Positions 25,137-37,269 of a stretch of 61,820 nt of DNA are shown one piece after another. Each line of letters opens with the position of its first letter. The first letter of the stretch is position 1. The position numbers and the translations under genes were made by a program. Origin of the DNA: Thermodesulfobacteriota bacterium. GTDB taxonomy: Bacteria > Desulfobacterota > Desulfomonilia > UBA1062. The stretch is from the NCBI GenBank assembly GCA_034716155.1, contig JAYEFR010000108.1:1-61820 (forward strand). The letters run 5' to 3'. The notes under the pieces were generated by a model. That model was not told where the DNA came from. It did not search any database and saw only the letters and a list, made by a program, of their open reading frames with translations.

Positions 25137-26633
25137 ATGCGTTCAAAAAACTGGATAAAACGAATAATCTACTTTCAAGAGAAGAAGGTATACAATTTTT
25201 ACACCATACTGATCTTTGCCTTATTTGTGGGAGGTATCCGTACAATAGAAGAGGTTATGCTTGCCTACAGGCAGTACTATCACATAGATGTTATAAATAA
25301 CTGTGTGTTCTATCTCCTTATGATATTCTCCTATACATTAGTTATTACCGTTTCCTCCAGGACCGATTGGAAAAAGGTGATAAATGCCGTACTAATTGGT
25401 GTATTTTTAGGAATTTTTCCTCCTATTATAGATGCTTTTATTTATGGTCTGGGAAATTTCAGGTACTCTTACTTTGTAGGCCTGCCCAGCATCAAAGACT
25501 TTTTTTTCTTTGATTATAAAAAAGGTTTTCCTGTAGGAGAGGGGATCGTGCTGTGGTCAACCATAATCTTTAGTGCCTACTATACCTATATCAAGACATC
25601 TAGTTACAGGAGATCCTTACTGGGTGGGCTAGGGGTATATATAGTTGTCCTTTTGATCTCAGGAATGATTATCCCCACTATTGCCGCAATGGTGACAAAA
25701 AGCATTCCCATGCGTATACCAAACATGGTAGTTACATCTATATTTCAATTGATACCTGTCATTGTTTTTTATCTTGTCCTAAACCCGCAGATATTCACCA
25801 ATCTAGCAAAACGGTGCCTTCACTGCCTCCCTTTTGTCTTACTTACCTTTATGGGGGCTGCTGTCTCTGGTGGGATTAATCCTTTTACCCTCTTTGCAGC
25901 ATTTATGGTCTTCTATGCCGGCCTGGTAACCTTAGTCCAGAATGACTTTTTTGACAAAGAAGAAGACACTCTTTCCGGACGCTATGGCTATGTAACTAGG
26001 CAGGATGTCTTGTTTTTCAATACTACATATCTGATCCTTGTCTTTTTGTTATACAACATCAAGTCAATGGTTTTTCTGCCCTTAGGCCTGCTATACATTG
26101 TCTCTGTTTTATATAATTATGATTTCTACAGGGCAAAAAGATTTTTTCCAGCCAATTACAAGATAGAAGGCATTTGGGGGCTTGGCTCCTTCTTAACCGG
26201 GATTTTCTCCGCGAGATTACCTGTGTTTACCCCAGAGATCGTAGTGTTTGGTTTCTTGATATTTGGGGGCTGGTCTTTGGTGTCCACATTTAAGGACTAT
26301 AAGGATATTGATGCTGATAAGACTGTCGGAAATCAAACAGGATATATCATGCTTATGAAGGCAGGCCTTAGTTTAGAACAGGTACATAAACTGGTTAGTA
26401 CTGTAATCCTTCTATGTTTTGTTGTACCAGCCATATGGTTATTCTTTAAAGGTGTCCATATATTGATCTGTATCCTTTTCTTCTTAGTACCCATGCCTCC
26501 CCTGTGGTACACTCTTTCTCAGCGGCCTTGTGCGGCCACTGTTAGAAACATACTTATTGTAATAAGTATGTATCTCTTTTTACTGTTACTGGTGGTTATA
26601 TCTATCTACCAGAATAACCCTATACCGCGTTGA
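25137..26633 (+). CDS. Polytopic membrane protein with C-terminal UbiA-family prenyltransferase domain
   Basis: NDFFDKEED and KDYKDIDAD aspartate motifs, LYNY...RAK; about 220-aa extra N-terminal TM region. Confidence 0.7.
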   Translation: MRSKNWIKRIIYFQEKKVYNFYTILIFALFVGGIRTIEEVMLAYRQYYHIDVINNCVFYLLMIFSYTLVITVSSRTDWKKVINAVLIGVFLGIFPPIIDAFIYGLGNFRYSYFVGLPSIKDFFFFDYKKGFPVGEGIVLWSTIIFSAYYTYIKTSSYRRSLLGGLGVYIVVLLISGMIIPTIAAMVTKSIPMRIPNMVVTSIFQLIPVIVFYLVLNPQIFTNLAKRCLHCLPFVLLTFMGAAVSGGINPFTLFAAFMVFYAGLVTLVQNDFFDKEEDTLSGRYGYVTRQDVLFFNTTYLILVFLLYNIKSMVFLPLGLLYIVSVLYNYDFYRAKRFFPANYKIEGIWGLGSFLTGIFSARLPVFTPEIVVFGFLIFGGWSLVSTFKDYKDIDADKTVGNQTGYIMLMKAGLSLEQVHKLVSTVILLCFVVPAIWLFFKGVHILICILFFLVPMPPLWYTLSQRPCAATVRNILIVISMYLFLLLLVVISIYQNNPIPR

Positions 26634-26713
26634 TGTGTTAATAAAATAATTGACAAATGTGAAGTATTGGGGTTCCATATTCATATGTGATGAAATATTA
26701 GGGGGAGGGACTA

Positions 26714-27280
26714 ATGTATAAATGGCATTATTGCTTGATTTATTTGTTATACAGTGCAGTGATCATCTGTCTCTGGCAGGAAGACATTCTGGCTCAAGAT
26801 AAAGCAAAAGGAGGTGAACCAATGGATATTGGTATTGCCAGCCCGGCATTTGAACAAGGCTCTATGATACCAGACAAGTATACCTGTAGGGGCAACGACA
26901 TTTCCCCTCCATTAACATGGGAGGGTGTCCCAAAAGGGGCTAAGAGCATCTGCCTTATATGTGATGATCCTGATGCACCTATGGGTACATGGGTCCACTG
27001 GGTTATCTATAACATTCCACCTAATGCAACTGGTTTGCCTGAAGGTATGCCACCAAAGGGAATACTTGAAAATGGCGCAATACAGGGGAGAAACGACTTC
27101 CTCAAGATAGGTTACGGTGGCCCTTGCCCCCCATCCGGTATTCACAGGTATTATTTCAGGATATATGCCTTGGATACAAAACCAGACCTTGAACCGGGTG
27201 CTACCAAAAATGAACTCCTAAACACTATAAAGGGCCACATCTTAGCCCAGGGTCAATTGATGGGCAAATACAAAAAATAG
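26714..27280 (+). CDS. YbhB/YbcL (PEBP/RKIP-like) protein
   Basis: SPPL.W, DDPDAP, WVHW, GYGGPCPP, HRYYF. Confidence 0.92.
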   Translation: MYKWHYCLIYLLYSAVIICLWQEDILAQDKAKGGEPMDIGIASPAFEQGSMIPDKYTCRGNDISPPLTWEGVPKGAKSICLICDDPDAPMGTWVHWVIYNIPPNATGLPEGMPPKGILENGAIQGRNDFLKIGYGGPCPPSGIHRYYFRIYALDTKPDLEPGATKNELLNTIKGHILAQGQLMGKYKK

Positions 27281-27427
27281 ACCAGAGACTAAAGACAGGT
27301 TTCCTCCAGTCTTATATGCTATGTCAAGACATTACCATAATTGAAGGAGTTGCATTACCAGTTTGACCTGTCAAAGCACCCGGGCATTTTAATGAATATG
27401 ACATTTCTGGCTGCGAATCAAAAATGA

Positions 27428-28531
27428 TTAGTGGCTGATTATCCTTATGAAGGCAATGTCATCCTTTATTTCAATATCTACATTTGCTATCTGCTGGGTT
27501 TTCAGATTGTTCATAATATCATCAAGATTACCCTTTGTCTTAATAGTATGCCAGAGACGGTGGCCCTCTATTTTGGATATTTTTATTTGAGAAACATTTG
27601 ACATGGCGCTCAGTGCATTTATTATTGATTGGTAAGTATTATAATCACTGATCCCCTCTATACAAATGTACTTTGTCGCAATCTCGGGGGATAGACTTAA
27701 AATTTTGTATGCAATCTTATTCCTTACTGGATCGATAAGAAAATCCGTCATTAAAGAATTCATTTTCTCTGTCTGCAGATCACTCTTGTAAGAGGCAGAC
27801 CACGAACAAAGTTCGCTCCCGCCCGTCTCTATGAGTCTAATATTGAGCACACATGAATATATACTTTTTTCTTCAGGGATATACTCTATGCTACCTGTCA
27901 ATATTAAGTCAGCCCCTAACTCTTCAGCAATCCTGATAGGATCTGAACTATCATAAGGATATCTTTTCGTCTCAGACGGATCTTTAATAACGTTTTCACC
28001 CCATAAAAAAAGCTGGTTGATTAATTGAGATTCGAATGCAGAATATATTTTTTTGCCCGGAATTTTCCACCATTCATAGACATCTTCTTCCTCAATGCCT
28101 TTTGAGGATATCATAGTTATTATCTTTGGTCTGGCAATGCGTGGGACATTCAGGGTCTGTGCACATAGCCACCGCTTTAGATGTTCCTTTTTTAATCTGA
28201 GATCTATAGTAAGCCTTAAAAGGCTATCCTGCTTGAGCTTATCTGTGATTTGGTATTGAGAAATGTCATTTGTACCCCGGTAGGAGAGATAGGAAGGCAA
28301 CGCATTAATCAGGGCATATGTAGAGGACATCGGGACATATTGTAAAGCGCTTATAAGCAATACCTTATTAAACCCGTCGGCAAGAGCTAGATATTCTGCC
28401 TTTGCTATATTGCCATCCTCTATAATACCTATACCCTGAACAACAATGGGGAGCTGCTCTTCTGCCATTGATGGCAGGGGTGCCACAAACAGGATACCAA
28501 ATATTATTGTTGCAAAGAGATACTTTTTCAT
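27428..28531 (-). CDS. Exported hypothetical protein
   Basis: Signal peptide; 367 aa; overlaps the hfq stop (ATGA coupling). Confidence 0.65.
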   Translation of the reverse strand: MKKYLFATIIFGILFVAPLPSMAEEQLPIVVQGIGIIEDGNIAKAEYLALADGFNKVLLISALQYVPMSSTYALINALPSYLSYRGTNDISQYQITDKLKQDSLLRLTIDLRLKKEHLKRWLCAQTLNVPRIARPKIITMISSKGIEEEDVYEWWKIPGKKIYSAFESQLINQLFLWGENVIKDPSETKRYPYDSSDPIRIAEELGADLILTGSIEYIPEEKSIYSCVLNIRLIETGGSELCSWSASYKSDLQTEKMNSLMTDFLIDPVRNKIAYKILSLSPEIATKYICIEGISDYNTYQSIINALSAMSNVSQIKISKIEGHRLWHTIKTKGNLDDIMNNLKTQQIANVDIEIKDDIAFIRIISH

Positions 28532-28764
28532 CCCGAAAGAAAATCTTTTAATTTAGAATCCTCTTCAGTAGGTTCTAGAAAGGTTATTGCATGCTTATAC
28601 ACAAGTATCGGCCGATCAGTCTGAAACAAGATACAAAAGGGATCGAAGCTCCTAACAAAACCTTCCATCTTCGCATTATTGATAAGGGTAATTACAACAG
28701 GCACCTTTTCTTTTCTTGCTTGATTCAAGAATTGATCCTGCACGTTAAAGACAACTTTAGTCAT
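28528..28764 (-). CDS. hfq: RNA chaperone Hfq
   Basis: NVQDQFLNQARKE, SFD.F, LVYKHAIT; AAGGAG RBS. Confidence 0.93.
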   Translation of the reverse strand: MTKVVFNVQDQFLNQARKEKVPVVITLINNAKMEGFVRSFDPFCILFQTDRPILVYKHAITFLEPTEEDSKLKDFLSG

Positions 28765-28925
28765 AACAAACTCCTTATAAAAATGTATTGAATTAATATC
28801 ATACATATTAATCATTAAATAGTTTTATTCAAGCATTTTTTATGTTAAATAAATTTCATTGTAAATTAGCAAATTAATGATGTTTACAAAGAGCACTTAC
28901 CATACATATCAATCCTCAAGGATGA

Positions 28926-31207
<2,282 letters not shown>

Positions 31208-31585
31208 CTATGGTTTGGTCTTCGTCACAACAGTTACCTTGAAATTATCCCTTATAAACAGATTCAAGATAAAGCCTACGACAGACATGATGATTGCTCC
31301 CCTAAGTGCAGCCCAGAAACTATTTACTGTGAAACCCTTGACAACCTCCGATGTTAATAAGATCATTATTGCATTTATCACAAATGTGAATAAACCCAGT
31401 GTCAAGATATTAAGAGGGAGAGTAAGTAAGACCACAATGGGCTTTAAAAATGCGTTTAACAAACCAATTACAAGCGCTGCACCTAACAGTGCCCAGCCAC
31501 TGTCTATGATTATCCCCTTTACAACCCATGCCGCCGCCGCAAGAGCGGCTGTAGAGACTGCCCATTTTAATATGAATCCTCTCAT
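31208..31585 (-). CDS. YvlD/DUF360 (phage holin family 4) membrane protein
   Basis: LLNAFLKP, LTLPLNILTLGLFTFVINA. Confidence 0.85.
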   Translation of the reverse strand: MRGFILKWAVSTAALAAAAWVVKGIIIDSGWALLGAALVIGLLNAFLKPIVVLLTLPLNILTLGLFTFVINAIMILLTSEVVKGFTVNSFWAALRGAIIMSVVGFILNLFIRDNFKVTVVTKTKP

Positions 31586-31672
31586 GATTCTACCTCCTGC
31601 AGATACAAAGACTATTTTAATAATAAATTCATAAAAAGGCAAGTTATTACATTAACTCACAAAGGAGAGATA

Positions 31673-31882
31673 GTGGCAAGGGAGAACCAATGTTACTGGT
31701 ATCCGGTATGTCCGATAAAATATTTTGTAGAAGAAGGAATGCTTGATCATAAGTGGATAGAAAAATACTGTCTGGGCGACAATAGCAAATGTGTACGCAA
31801 GCAGATGGAGGATAAAGGACAATATCATCCAGACAATATGCTACCTGATGGAAGTATTGATGACAGCCTATTTTTAACTTGA
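31673..31882 (+). CDS. Small Cys-rich putative metal-binding protein
   Basis: AAAGGAG RBS plus GTG; CYWYPVCP...YC.....KCVR...HPDNMLPDG. Confidence 0.65.
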   Translation: MARENQCYWYPVCPIKYFVEEGMLDHKWIEKYCLGDNSKCVRKQMEDKGQYHPDNMLPDGSIDDSLFLT

Positions 31883-31914
31883 ACATAATATTTTATTGGT
31901 GTATGAGGTTCCAA

Positions 31915-31955
31915 CTTCCTTGCTCCATAAGGGGCTGGAAAGACCATAAGGGAGG
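31915..31955 (+). promoter_or_regulatory. Probable S6:S18 ribosomal leader RNA
   Basis: CTTCCTT can pair with the AAGGGAG SD, enclosing short hairpins, immediately 5' of rpsF. Confidence 0.5.
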
Positions 31956-31960
31956 AACGT

Positions 31961-32317
31961 ATGAATTCTTATGAATTGATGTTTATAGTAGATCCTGATG
32001 TCAGTGACGATGCCTTAGAAAAGGTTATTACAAAATTTAAGGATGTCATAACCAAAAATGGTGGTGATGTGCTAAAGGTTGACGATCATGGCATAAAATC
32101 ACTGGCATACAAGATCAATAAGAAACCACAGGGGCATTATTTCTTATGCTTATTCAATGGGCCGGGTGGCTTTATAGTGGAACTGGAAAGAAACTTGAGG
32201 ATTGACGAGAATATAATGAGGTTTGTGGTAACCAGGATCGAAGAAGTAGTAGACAAAGATGATATCAAAGAAGAAGTAGAGGTGGAAGATGTCAGCCAAT
32301 CCTCTAACGAAATTTGA
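31961..32317 (+). CDS. rpsF: 30S ribosomal protein S6
   Basis: YELMFI.DP, LAYKI.K, ELER.LRI. Confidence 0.95.
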   Translation: MNSYELMFIVDPDVSDDALEKVITKFKDVITKNGGDVLKVDDHGIKSLAYKINKKPQGHYFLCLFNGPGGFIVELERNLRIDENIMRFVVTRIEEVVDKDDIKEEVEVEDVSQSSNEI

Positions 32318-32332
32318 GGAGGCAAAAGAATA

Positions 32333-32602
32333 ATGGCAGAGAAGAGGAGATTTAATTCCAACGCAAAACCAAGATCAAGATTTAGGTCTTATTATAAAAA
32401 AAAGGTATGCAAATTCTGTGAAGACAAAGATCTCAAGATAGACTACAAAGAGGCTGGAATACTGAAAGAATTTATCACAGAAAGGGGGAAGATACTGCCA
32501 AGACGAATTACAGGTGTATGTTCCAGGCATCAAAGAAGGCTTTCTATTGCTATAAAAAAGGCGCGGATACTAGCTCTGCTTCCATTTACTGTGCACGAAT
32601 AA
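32333..32602 (+). CDS. rpsR: 30S ribosomal protein S18 (zinc-binding type)
   Basis: [22 protein letters not shown]. Confidence 0.96.
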   Translation: MAEKRRFNSNAKPRSRFRSYYKKKVCKFCEDKDLKIDYKEAGILKEFITERGKILPRRITGVCSRHQRRLSIAIKKARILALLPFTVHE

Positions 32603-32606
32603 GATA

Positions 32607-33524
32607 ATGCCTCCCACCCTAAGGGGCAATAAAATTCTACTGGTTTTCAGTAGTATATTTCTCTTTATATGTTTAGTTGTTATTATAATGCCCTATCTGG
32701 CATTGCCTTTAATGCTTTTCTTTCCATCGATGTATTGTGTATGGGTAAAAGGACTCGAGAGGAGATGGAAGCTACTGATAAGCTTGCTGCCTTTTATCAT
32801 GATTATTATACCGGGATTGAAGGCAGGTGTCTTCTTTTATGGATGTATATTGCTATTTAGTATACTCCAATGCAATTGCATACATAGAGATCACATTGGG
32901 CTTTCCATACTGGCGCCTACTTCTCTATTAGTAGGGATATTTCTCCTCATAGTGGCTATCAAGGCGCATGCTCTATCTCTTTCATACTTTGCCATTATAA
33001 CACAGGGCGTTCATTCTATGATGGATCAAATAGCCTTAGTTTATGATCAAGTACTCAGCACAGAGCAGTTGCTAGAGTTTAAGATGAATAGGCCAAATTT
33101 AGAAAATAAAATCACCGGGCTTTTCCCTGCACTTTTAAGTACAGGACTGTCTTTTGTAGCATGGACCAATCTATTGATTGTGGCGAGTATAAAAAAGATT
33201 AGGCTTAGGCAGTGGCAAAACCCTTATTGGCTTGTCTATATCTTTATATGTGCATGTGTGATGATCCTGCTGCCCTTTGATAATTTCAGCATAGTAGGGG
33301 GGAATTTATTGATTATACTGTGTGTGGCATATTTCTTTCACGGGATGTCTATAGTAGGCTACTTTTTGCATTCAATGGGGTGGGGTTATTTCATAAAAGG
33401 ATTCATTTATATATTGATCTTAAGTCAAATATATATAATGATTGTTGTAGTAGGGTTTGGGTTGTTCGATACATGGTTTGATTTTAGGAAAAGGATAAAA
33501 CCTACAAGGAGAGATAAACTATGA
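32607..33524 (+). CDS. YybS/DUF2232 membrane protein
   Basis: Multi-TM, GLFDTWFDFRKR terminus; position between rpsR and rplI. Confidence 0.85.
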   Translation: MPPTLRGNKILLVFSSIFLFICLVVIIMPYLALPLMLFFPSMYCVWVKGLERRWKLLISLLPFIMIIIPGLKAGVFFYGCILLFSILQCNCIHRDHIGLSILAPTSLLVGIFLLIVAIKAHALSLSYFAIITQGVHSMMDQIALVYDQVLSTEQLLEFKMNRPNLENKITGLFPALLSTGLSFVAWTNLLIVASIKKIRLRQWQNPYWLVYIFICACVMILLPFDNFSIVGGNLLIILCVAYFFHGMSIVGYFLHSMGWGYFIKGFIYILILSQIYIMIVVVGFGLFDTWFDFRKRIKPTRRDKL

Positions 33525-33973
33525 GATTGATTTTATTAGAAAATATAGAAGGACTAGGCAACATAGGAGAGGAAGTAAGGGTCAAAGATGGTCATGCAAG
33601 AAATTTTCTTATACCAAAGGGTAAGGCGATGGAGGCCACAGAATCCAATGCCAAGACATTTAAGGACAAGTATCATACACAAATAAAGAAAGAGGCAAAG
33701 ACAAGGGGGGAGGCCAATGTGCTGGCAGAAACACTAAGCTCTACCACCCTAAACTTTGATGCGAAGGCCGGCCGGGAAGGCAAATTATTTGGCTCTATCA
33801 CTTCTTCTAATATCTATGAGGCCCTAAAAGAAAAGGGGTTTGAGATAGATAAGAAGAAGATAATCATGAAAGAACCTATCCGTCACATAGGATCCCATGA
33901 AATCGCTATAAAGCTTTATACAAATATAGCAGCGACCATAAAGGTGGAAGTCAATGCAGAGACAGAGGTGTAA
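33521..33973 (+). CDS. rplI: 50S ribosomal protein L9
   Basis: VKDGHARNFLIP, GKLFGSIT. Confidence 0.96.
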   Translation: MRLILLENIEGLGNIGEEVRVKDGHARNFLIPKGKAMEATESNAKTFKDKYHTQIKKEAKTRGEANVLAETLSSTTLNFDAKAGREGKLFGSITSSNIYEALKEKGFEIDKKKIIMKEPIRHIGSHEIAIKLYTNIAATIKVEVNAETEV

Positions 33974-33976
33974 AGT

Positions 33977-35314
33977 TTGACGAAAGAAACAATCCCATTA
34001 GTTCCTCACAACATTGAGGCGGAAGAATATATATTAGGGAGCATCTTATTGGAGAACTCCTCCCTGGATGCTGTCATAGAAATAATTACCCCTGAAGACT
34101 TCTATTCCGAAAGGAACAGGGTTATATATAAGGAAATGCTTTCCCTAAGAGATAAAGGCCTGCCTATTGATTATGTGTCACTTATTGAGACCATAGATGT
34201 TCGTGAAAAATTGGATGCCGTTGGAGGGGCCAGTTATATTGCCGGGCTTGCAGATCGTATCCCTACATCGGCCAACATCGAATATTATGCAAGACTTTTG
34301 AAAGATAAGGCAATCCTTAGATCATTAATCGTGGGGGCAAACTCTATTATAAAGATCGCAAGAGACTCTGTGGAGGATGTTTCAGAAACGGTTCAAGAAG
34401 CAGAGCAGATTATCTTCAACATAAATAAGGATCTAAATAATGCAAGGGGAGGGCTTACAAAGATAGGTAATCTTGTAACAGACGTTTATCATACCCTGAC
34501 CTGTATTGCGAGTGGAGAGATTGCAGCCGGCGGTATCCTTACTGAGTTTACAGATCTAAACAATATTTTGATGGGGCTTCACCCTTCTGATTTTCTAATC
34601 ATAGCAGGCAGGCCATCAATGGGAAAGACATCACTGGCCATGAACATAGCCAGTCATGTAGCCTGTGTTGAAAAGATACCTGTTGCAGTATTTTCCCTTG
34701 AGATGGCAAAAGAACAGCTTGCGCTCAGACTCCTGGCCTGCCAGGCAGAGATCGATCAATCAAACGTTAGAAGCGTCCGTCTCAAGAGAGAAGACTGGAG
34801 CAAACTCATAGATGCATCAGGCGTGCTTGCAGAAGCGCCACTGTATATTGATGACGCGCCAGGTATCTCAATTGGTGAAATTAGGGCAAAGCTAAGGCGG
34901 ATGGCAGCTTATGAAGGCTTAGGGCTAGTGATTGTGGATTACCTTCAACTTATGACAGCCAGGAGGAGAATAGACTCCAGGGAACAGGAGATATCAGAGA
35001 TATCAAGATCACTCAAGGCGATTGCAAAGGAATTTGATGTGCCGGTAATAGCTCTATCCCAACTTAACCGCAGGGTTGAAGAACGTGAAGATAAACGTCC
35101 ACGGATGGCAGATCTGCGAGAGTCAGGGGCAATAGAACAAGACGCTGATGTTATCTGTTTTATATACAGGGATGAGGTATATAACCCTTCTACAGAAGAC
35201 CAAAATATTGCGGAGATAATAGTAAGTAAACATCGAAATGGTCCTACCGGCACTATAAAGTTAATGTGGCGTTCTGAATGCACTAGATTTGAAAACTACA
35301 GTGATCTGAAGTAA
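33977..35314 (+). CDS. dnaB: Replicative DNA helicase
   Basis: GRPSMGKT, FSLEM, DYLQL, LSQLNR, LRESGAIEQDAD, KHRNGPTG. Confidence 0.97.
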   Translation: MTKETIPLVPHNIEAEEYILGSILLENSSLDAVIEIITPEDFYSERNRVIYKEMLSLRDKGLPIDYVSLIETIDVREKLDAVGGASYIAGLADRIPTSANIEYYARLLKDKAILRSLIVGANSIIKIARDSVEDVSETVQEAEQIIFNINKDLNNARGGLTKIGNLVTDVYHTLTCIASGEIAAGGILTEFTDLNNILMGLHPSDFLIIAGRPSMGKTSLAMNIASHVACVEKIPVAVFSLEMAKEQLALRLLACQAEIDQSNVRSVRLKREDWSKLIDASGVLAEAPLYIDDAPGISIGEIRAKLRRMAAYEGLGLVIVDYLQLMTARRRIDSREQEISEISRSLKAIAKEFDVPVIALSQLNRRVEEREDKRPRMADLRESGAIEQDADVICFIYRDEVYNPSTEDQNIAEIIVSKHRNGPTGTIKLMWRSECTRFENYSDLK

Positions 35315-35323
35315 TGGGTCTCC

Positions 35324-36094
35324 TCAGAAACCCTGGATTTTCCTATGATATATCTGGTTTGAGGAGAGTTCTATATCTGCAGGTACTGTGGAATAACATC
35401 TTTCCATAGCTGACCGGAGTCTTTTCAAGGATCTTTCTTCTATCTGTCTCACCCTCTCCCGGGTAACCCCGATCTTGGTGGCAATAACCCTTAAGGTGGC
35501 AGGTGGGTCACTAAAAAATCTTTGTTGGATAATAAAAAATTCTCTACCCGTGAGCAATGACGGGTTGGATTTAAAAAAGCCTGCCAGGAATATAGCCTGC
35601 TCCTTCATACCATAATAATCTTCCTGATTAGGAGAGTCATCTAACATATGGTCAAGGACCGTACTATCATCCTTAGCACCTTTTATATACTTGCGGTCTA
35701 AAGAGGTGAGCCGGCTTGCATGGCTAAGCCTCCCAGTATGGGGTTGGTAGTTCTTTTGAATGAAATTTTTAATATATGCCTTGATCCACCATATGGCATA
35801 AGATATAAATCGTGCACCTTTATTCGGGTTAAAATATGTAAGGGCCTTTACGAGCCCCATATTACCCTCTTGAATAATCTCCAGAGGAGAGTAGCCAAGA
35901 TGAAAATAACTACGGCTTACTTTTATCACAAACCTCAGATTGGATGTTATTATGTTCTTCCCTGCCTCTACATTTCCATTTTTGTAGGCAAAGAATAGAT
36001 GTAACTCCTCATCACGCGTTAGTATTGGATAATCTCTGATATCTGTTTCATAGATCTCTAGAGCAGAACTTGGATACTTACTTCCCATTGGCAC
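35324..36094 (-). CDS. Sigma70-family group 3 (RpoH-like) sigma factor
   Basis: SNLRFV, IQEGNMGL.KA, RFISYA.WWI.AYI, TL..I...GVTRERVRQIE. Confidence 0.85.
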   Translation of the reverse strand: MPMGSKYPSSALEIYETDIRDYPILTRDEELHLFFAYKNGNVEAGKNIITSNLRFVIKVSRSYFHLGYSPLEIIQEGNMGLVKALTYFNPNKGARFISYAIWWIKAYIKNFIQKNYQPHTGRLSHASRLTSLDRKYIKGAKDDSTVLDHMLDDSPNQEDYYGMKEQAIFLAGFFKSNPSLLTGREFFIIQQRFFSDPPATLRVIATKIGVTRERVRQIEERSLKRLRSAMERCYSTVPADIELSSNQIYHRKIQGF

Positions 36095-36162
36095 CCCCGG
36101 TTTACCCTCTAAATAAATTTCACAAATCTAAACTTTTGCACAATAAAATGCACAGAACTCAT

Positions 36163-36191
36163 ACATTACAAAACAAATTTCACATAGTCAA
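36163..36191 (-). promoter_or_regulatory. Candidate sigma70 promoter of the sigma factor gene
   Basis: TTGACT-N17-TAATGT on the minus strand, overlapped by ATTTCACA repeats. Confidence 0.45.
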
Positions 36192-36376
36192 GGAATTTTT
36201 GTGAAATTGCGTGCAATATAAAAAAGCTTTTTTGTAAACAATGTATTAGGGAGAATGAAAAATGTGGATATACTTGATATCTTTCACAGGAATGAGGCCT
36301 CATTCATTTTTCGCTTGGTGATTGAACCTCCAAGGGATAAATAAAGGGTCATGTTCGGTTCGGCTATCTGTAAACC

Positions 36377-36581
36377 CTCACCGCAGAGATCACAGAGGAC
36401 ACAGAGATGACAAAACAGTTAAATAGGATTACTGAAACGGTTATCAGAGCAGCAATAGATATTTCAACTACTGTTGTCCAGCTGTAAGGTAGGGCTTATG
36501 ATTAATTTTAATGTCAAAGCGCTTAAAAATGGCATACGCCGGTTAGTTCTTGGTTTACAAGAATAGCTTCGCTGCGGTGAG
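36377..36581 (+). pseudogene. Internally deleted GxxExxY-protein element with inverted ends
   Basis: ATG 36407 MTKQLNRITETVIRAAIDI joined out of frame to QLLLSSCKVGLMINFNVKALKNGIRRLVL; ends CTCACCGCAG/CTGCGGTGAG; 9-nt CACAGAG repeats. Confidence 0.75.
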
Positions 36582-36595
36582 TGGTTACGGCTATA

Positions 36596-37201
36596 TTAAG
36601 GTGCTCTTCTTCGATGTATTCTAACATAGTAATATATGAGAACAATAAAGATTATAAAAATGCCAAGAAAGATACCGGCTTCTTTAGAATATTGCCTGAC
36701 CAAGGTCATATTGTTGCCCACTATATAACCAATATATGCAAGTATGCTTACCCATATCCCGGCGCCTAACATAGTATAGGTACAAAACCTTAGAAGGTTC
36801 ATCTTGGCCAAACCTGCTGGAAAGGATATGTATTGTCTGACCACAGTGATAAGCCTGCCGATAAATGTACTTATCTCGCCGTGATTCCTAAAAAACACAT
36901 CAACCTTATCAAGCCTGTCTCTGGTAAGAAAAAGATATTTGCCATATCTTATGAGAAAAGGCCTGCCCAGAAAATACGCAATAAAGTAATTAAACAAGGC
37001 GCCAGAAAGGCTGCCCAATGTGCCTGATATTATTACCCAGAAGATATTCATCTCTGCCCTTGCAGCAAGGTAGCCGGCCGGCGGTATTATAACTTCACTG
37101 GGGAATGGGAAAAATGAACTCTCTAAAAACATCAATCCCATAATTCCTGCATAACCCAATCTGCCGATGGTATCTACTAACCATACCACTATAATTTCCA
37201 T
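36596..37201 (-). CDS. DedA-family membrane protein
   Basis: LESSFFPFPSE, GRLI..VRQYISFPAG. Confidence 0.92.
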   Translation of the reverse strand: MEIIVVWLVDTIGRLGYAGIMGLMFLESSFFPFPSEVIIPPAGYLAARAEMNIFWVIISGTLGSLSGALFNYFIAYFLGRPFLIRYGKYLFLTRDRLDKVDVFFRNHGEISTFIGRLITVVRQYISFPAGLAKMNLLRFCTYTMLGAGIWVSILAYIGYIVGNNMTLVRQYSKEAGIFLGIFIIFIVLIYYYVRIHRRRAP

Positions 37202-37269
37202 GGTATACACATACATAAAAGGATTTTTTATTGCAACATCTCTGCAAGATAGCTGAGCATAAAACATGG

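Noticed and set aside
31208-31585. Holin-family gene as a prophage sign
   Set aside because: DUF360 proteins are common chromosomal genes; no phage genes nearby.
31961-32602. rpsF-rpsR without ssb/priB between
   Set aside because: Ordinary arrangement in this lineage.
33977-35314. Inteins in dnaB or ligA
   Set aside because: Normal lengths and contiguous motifs.
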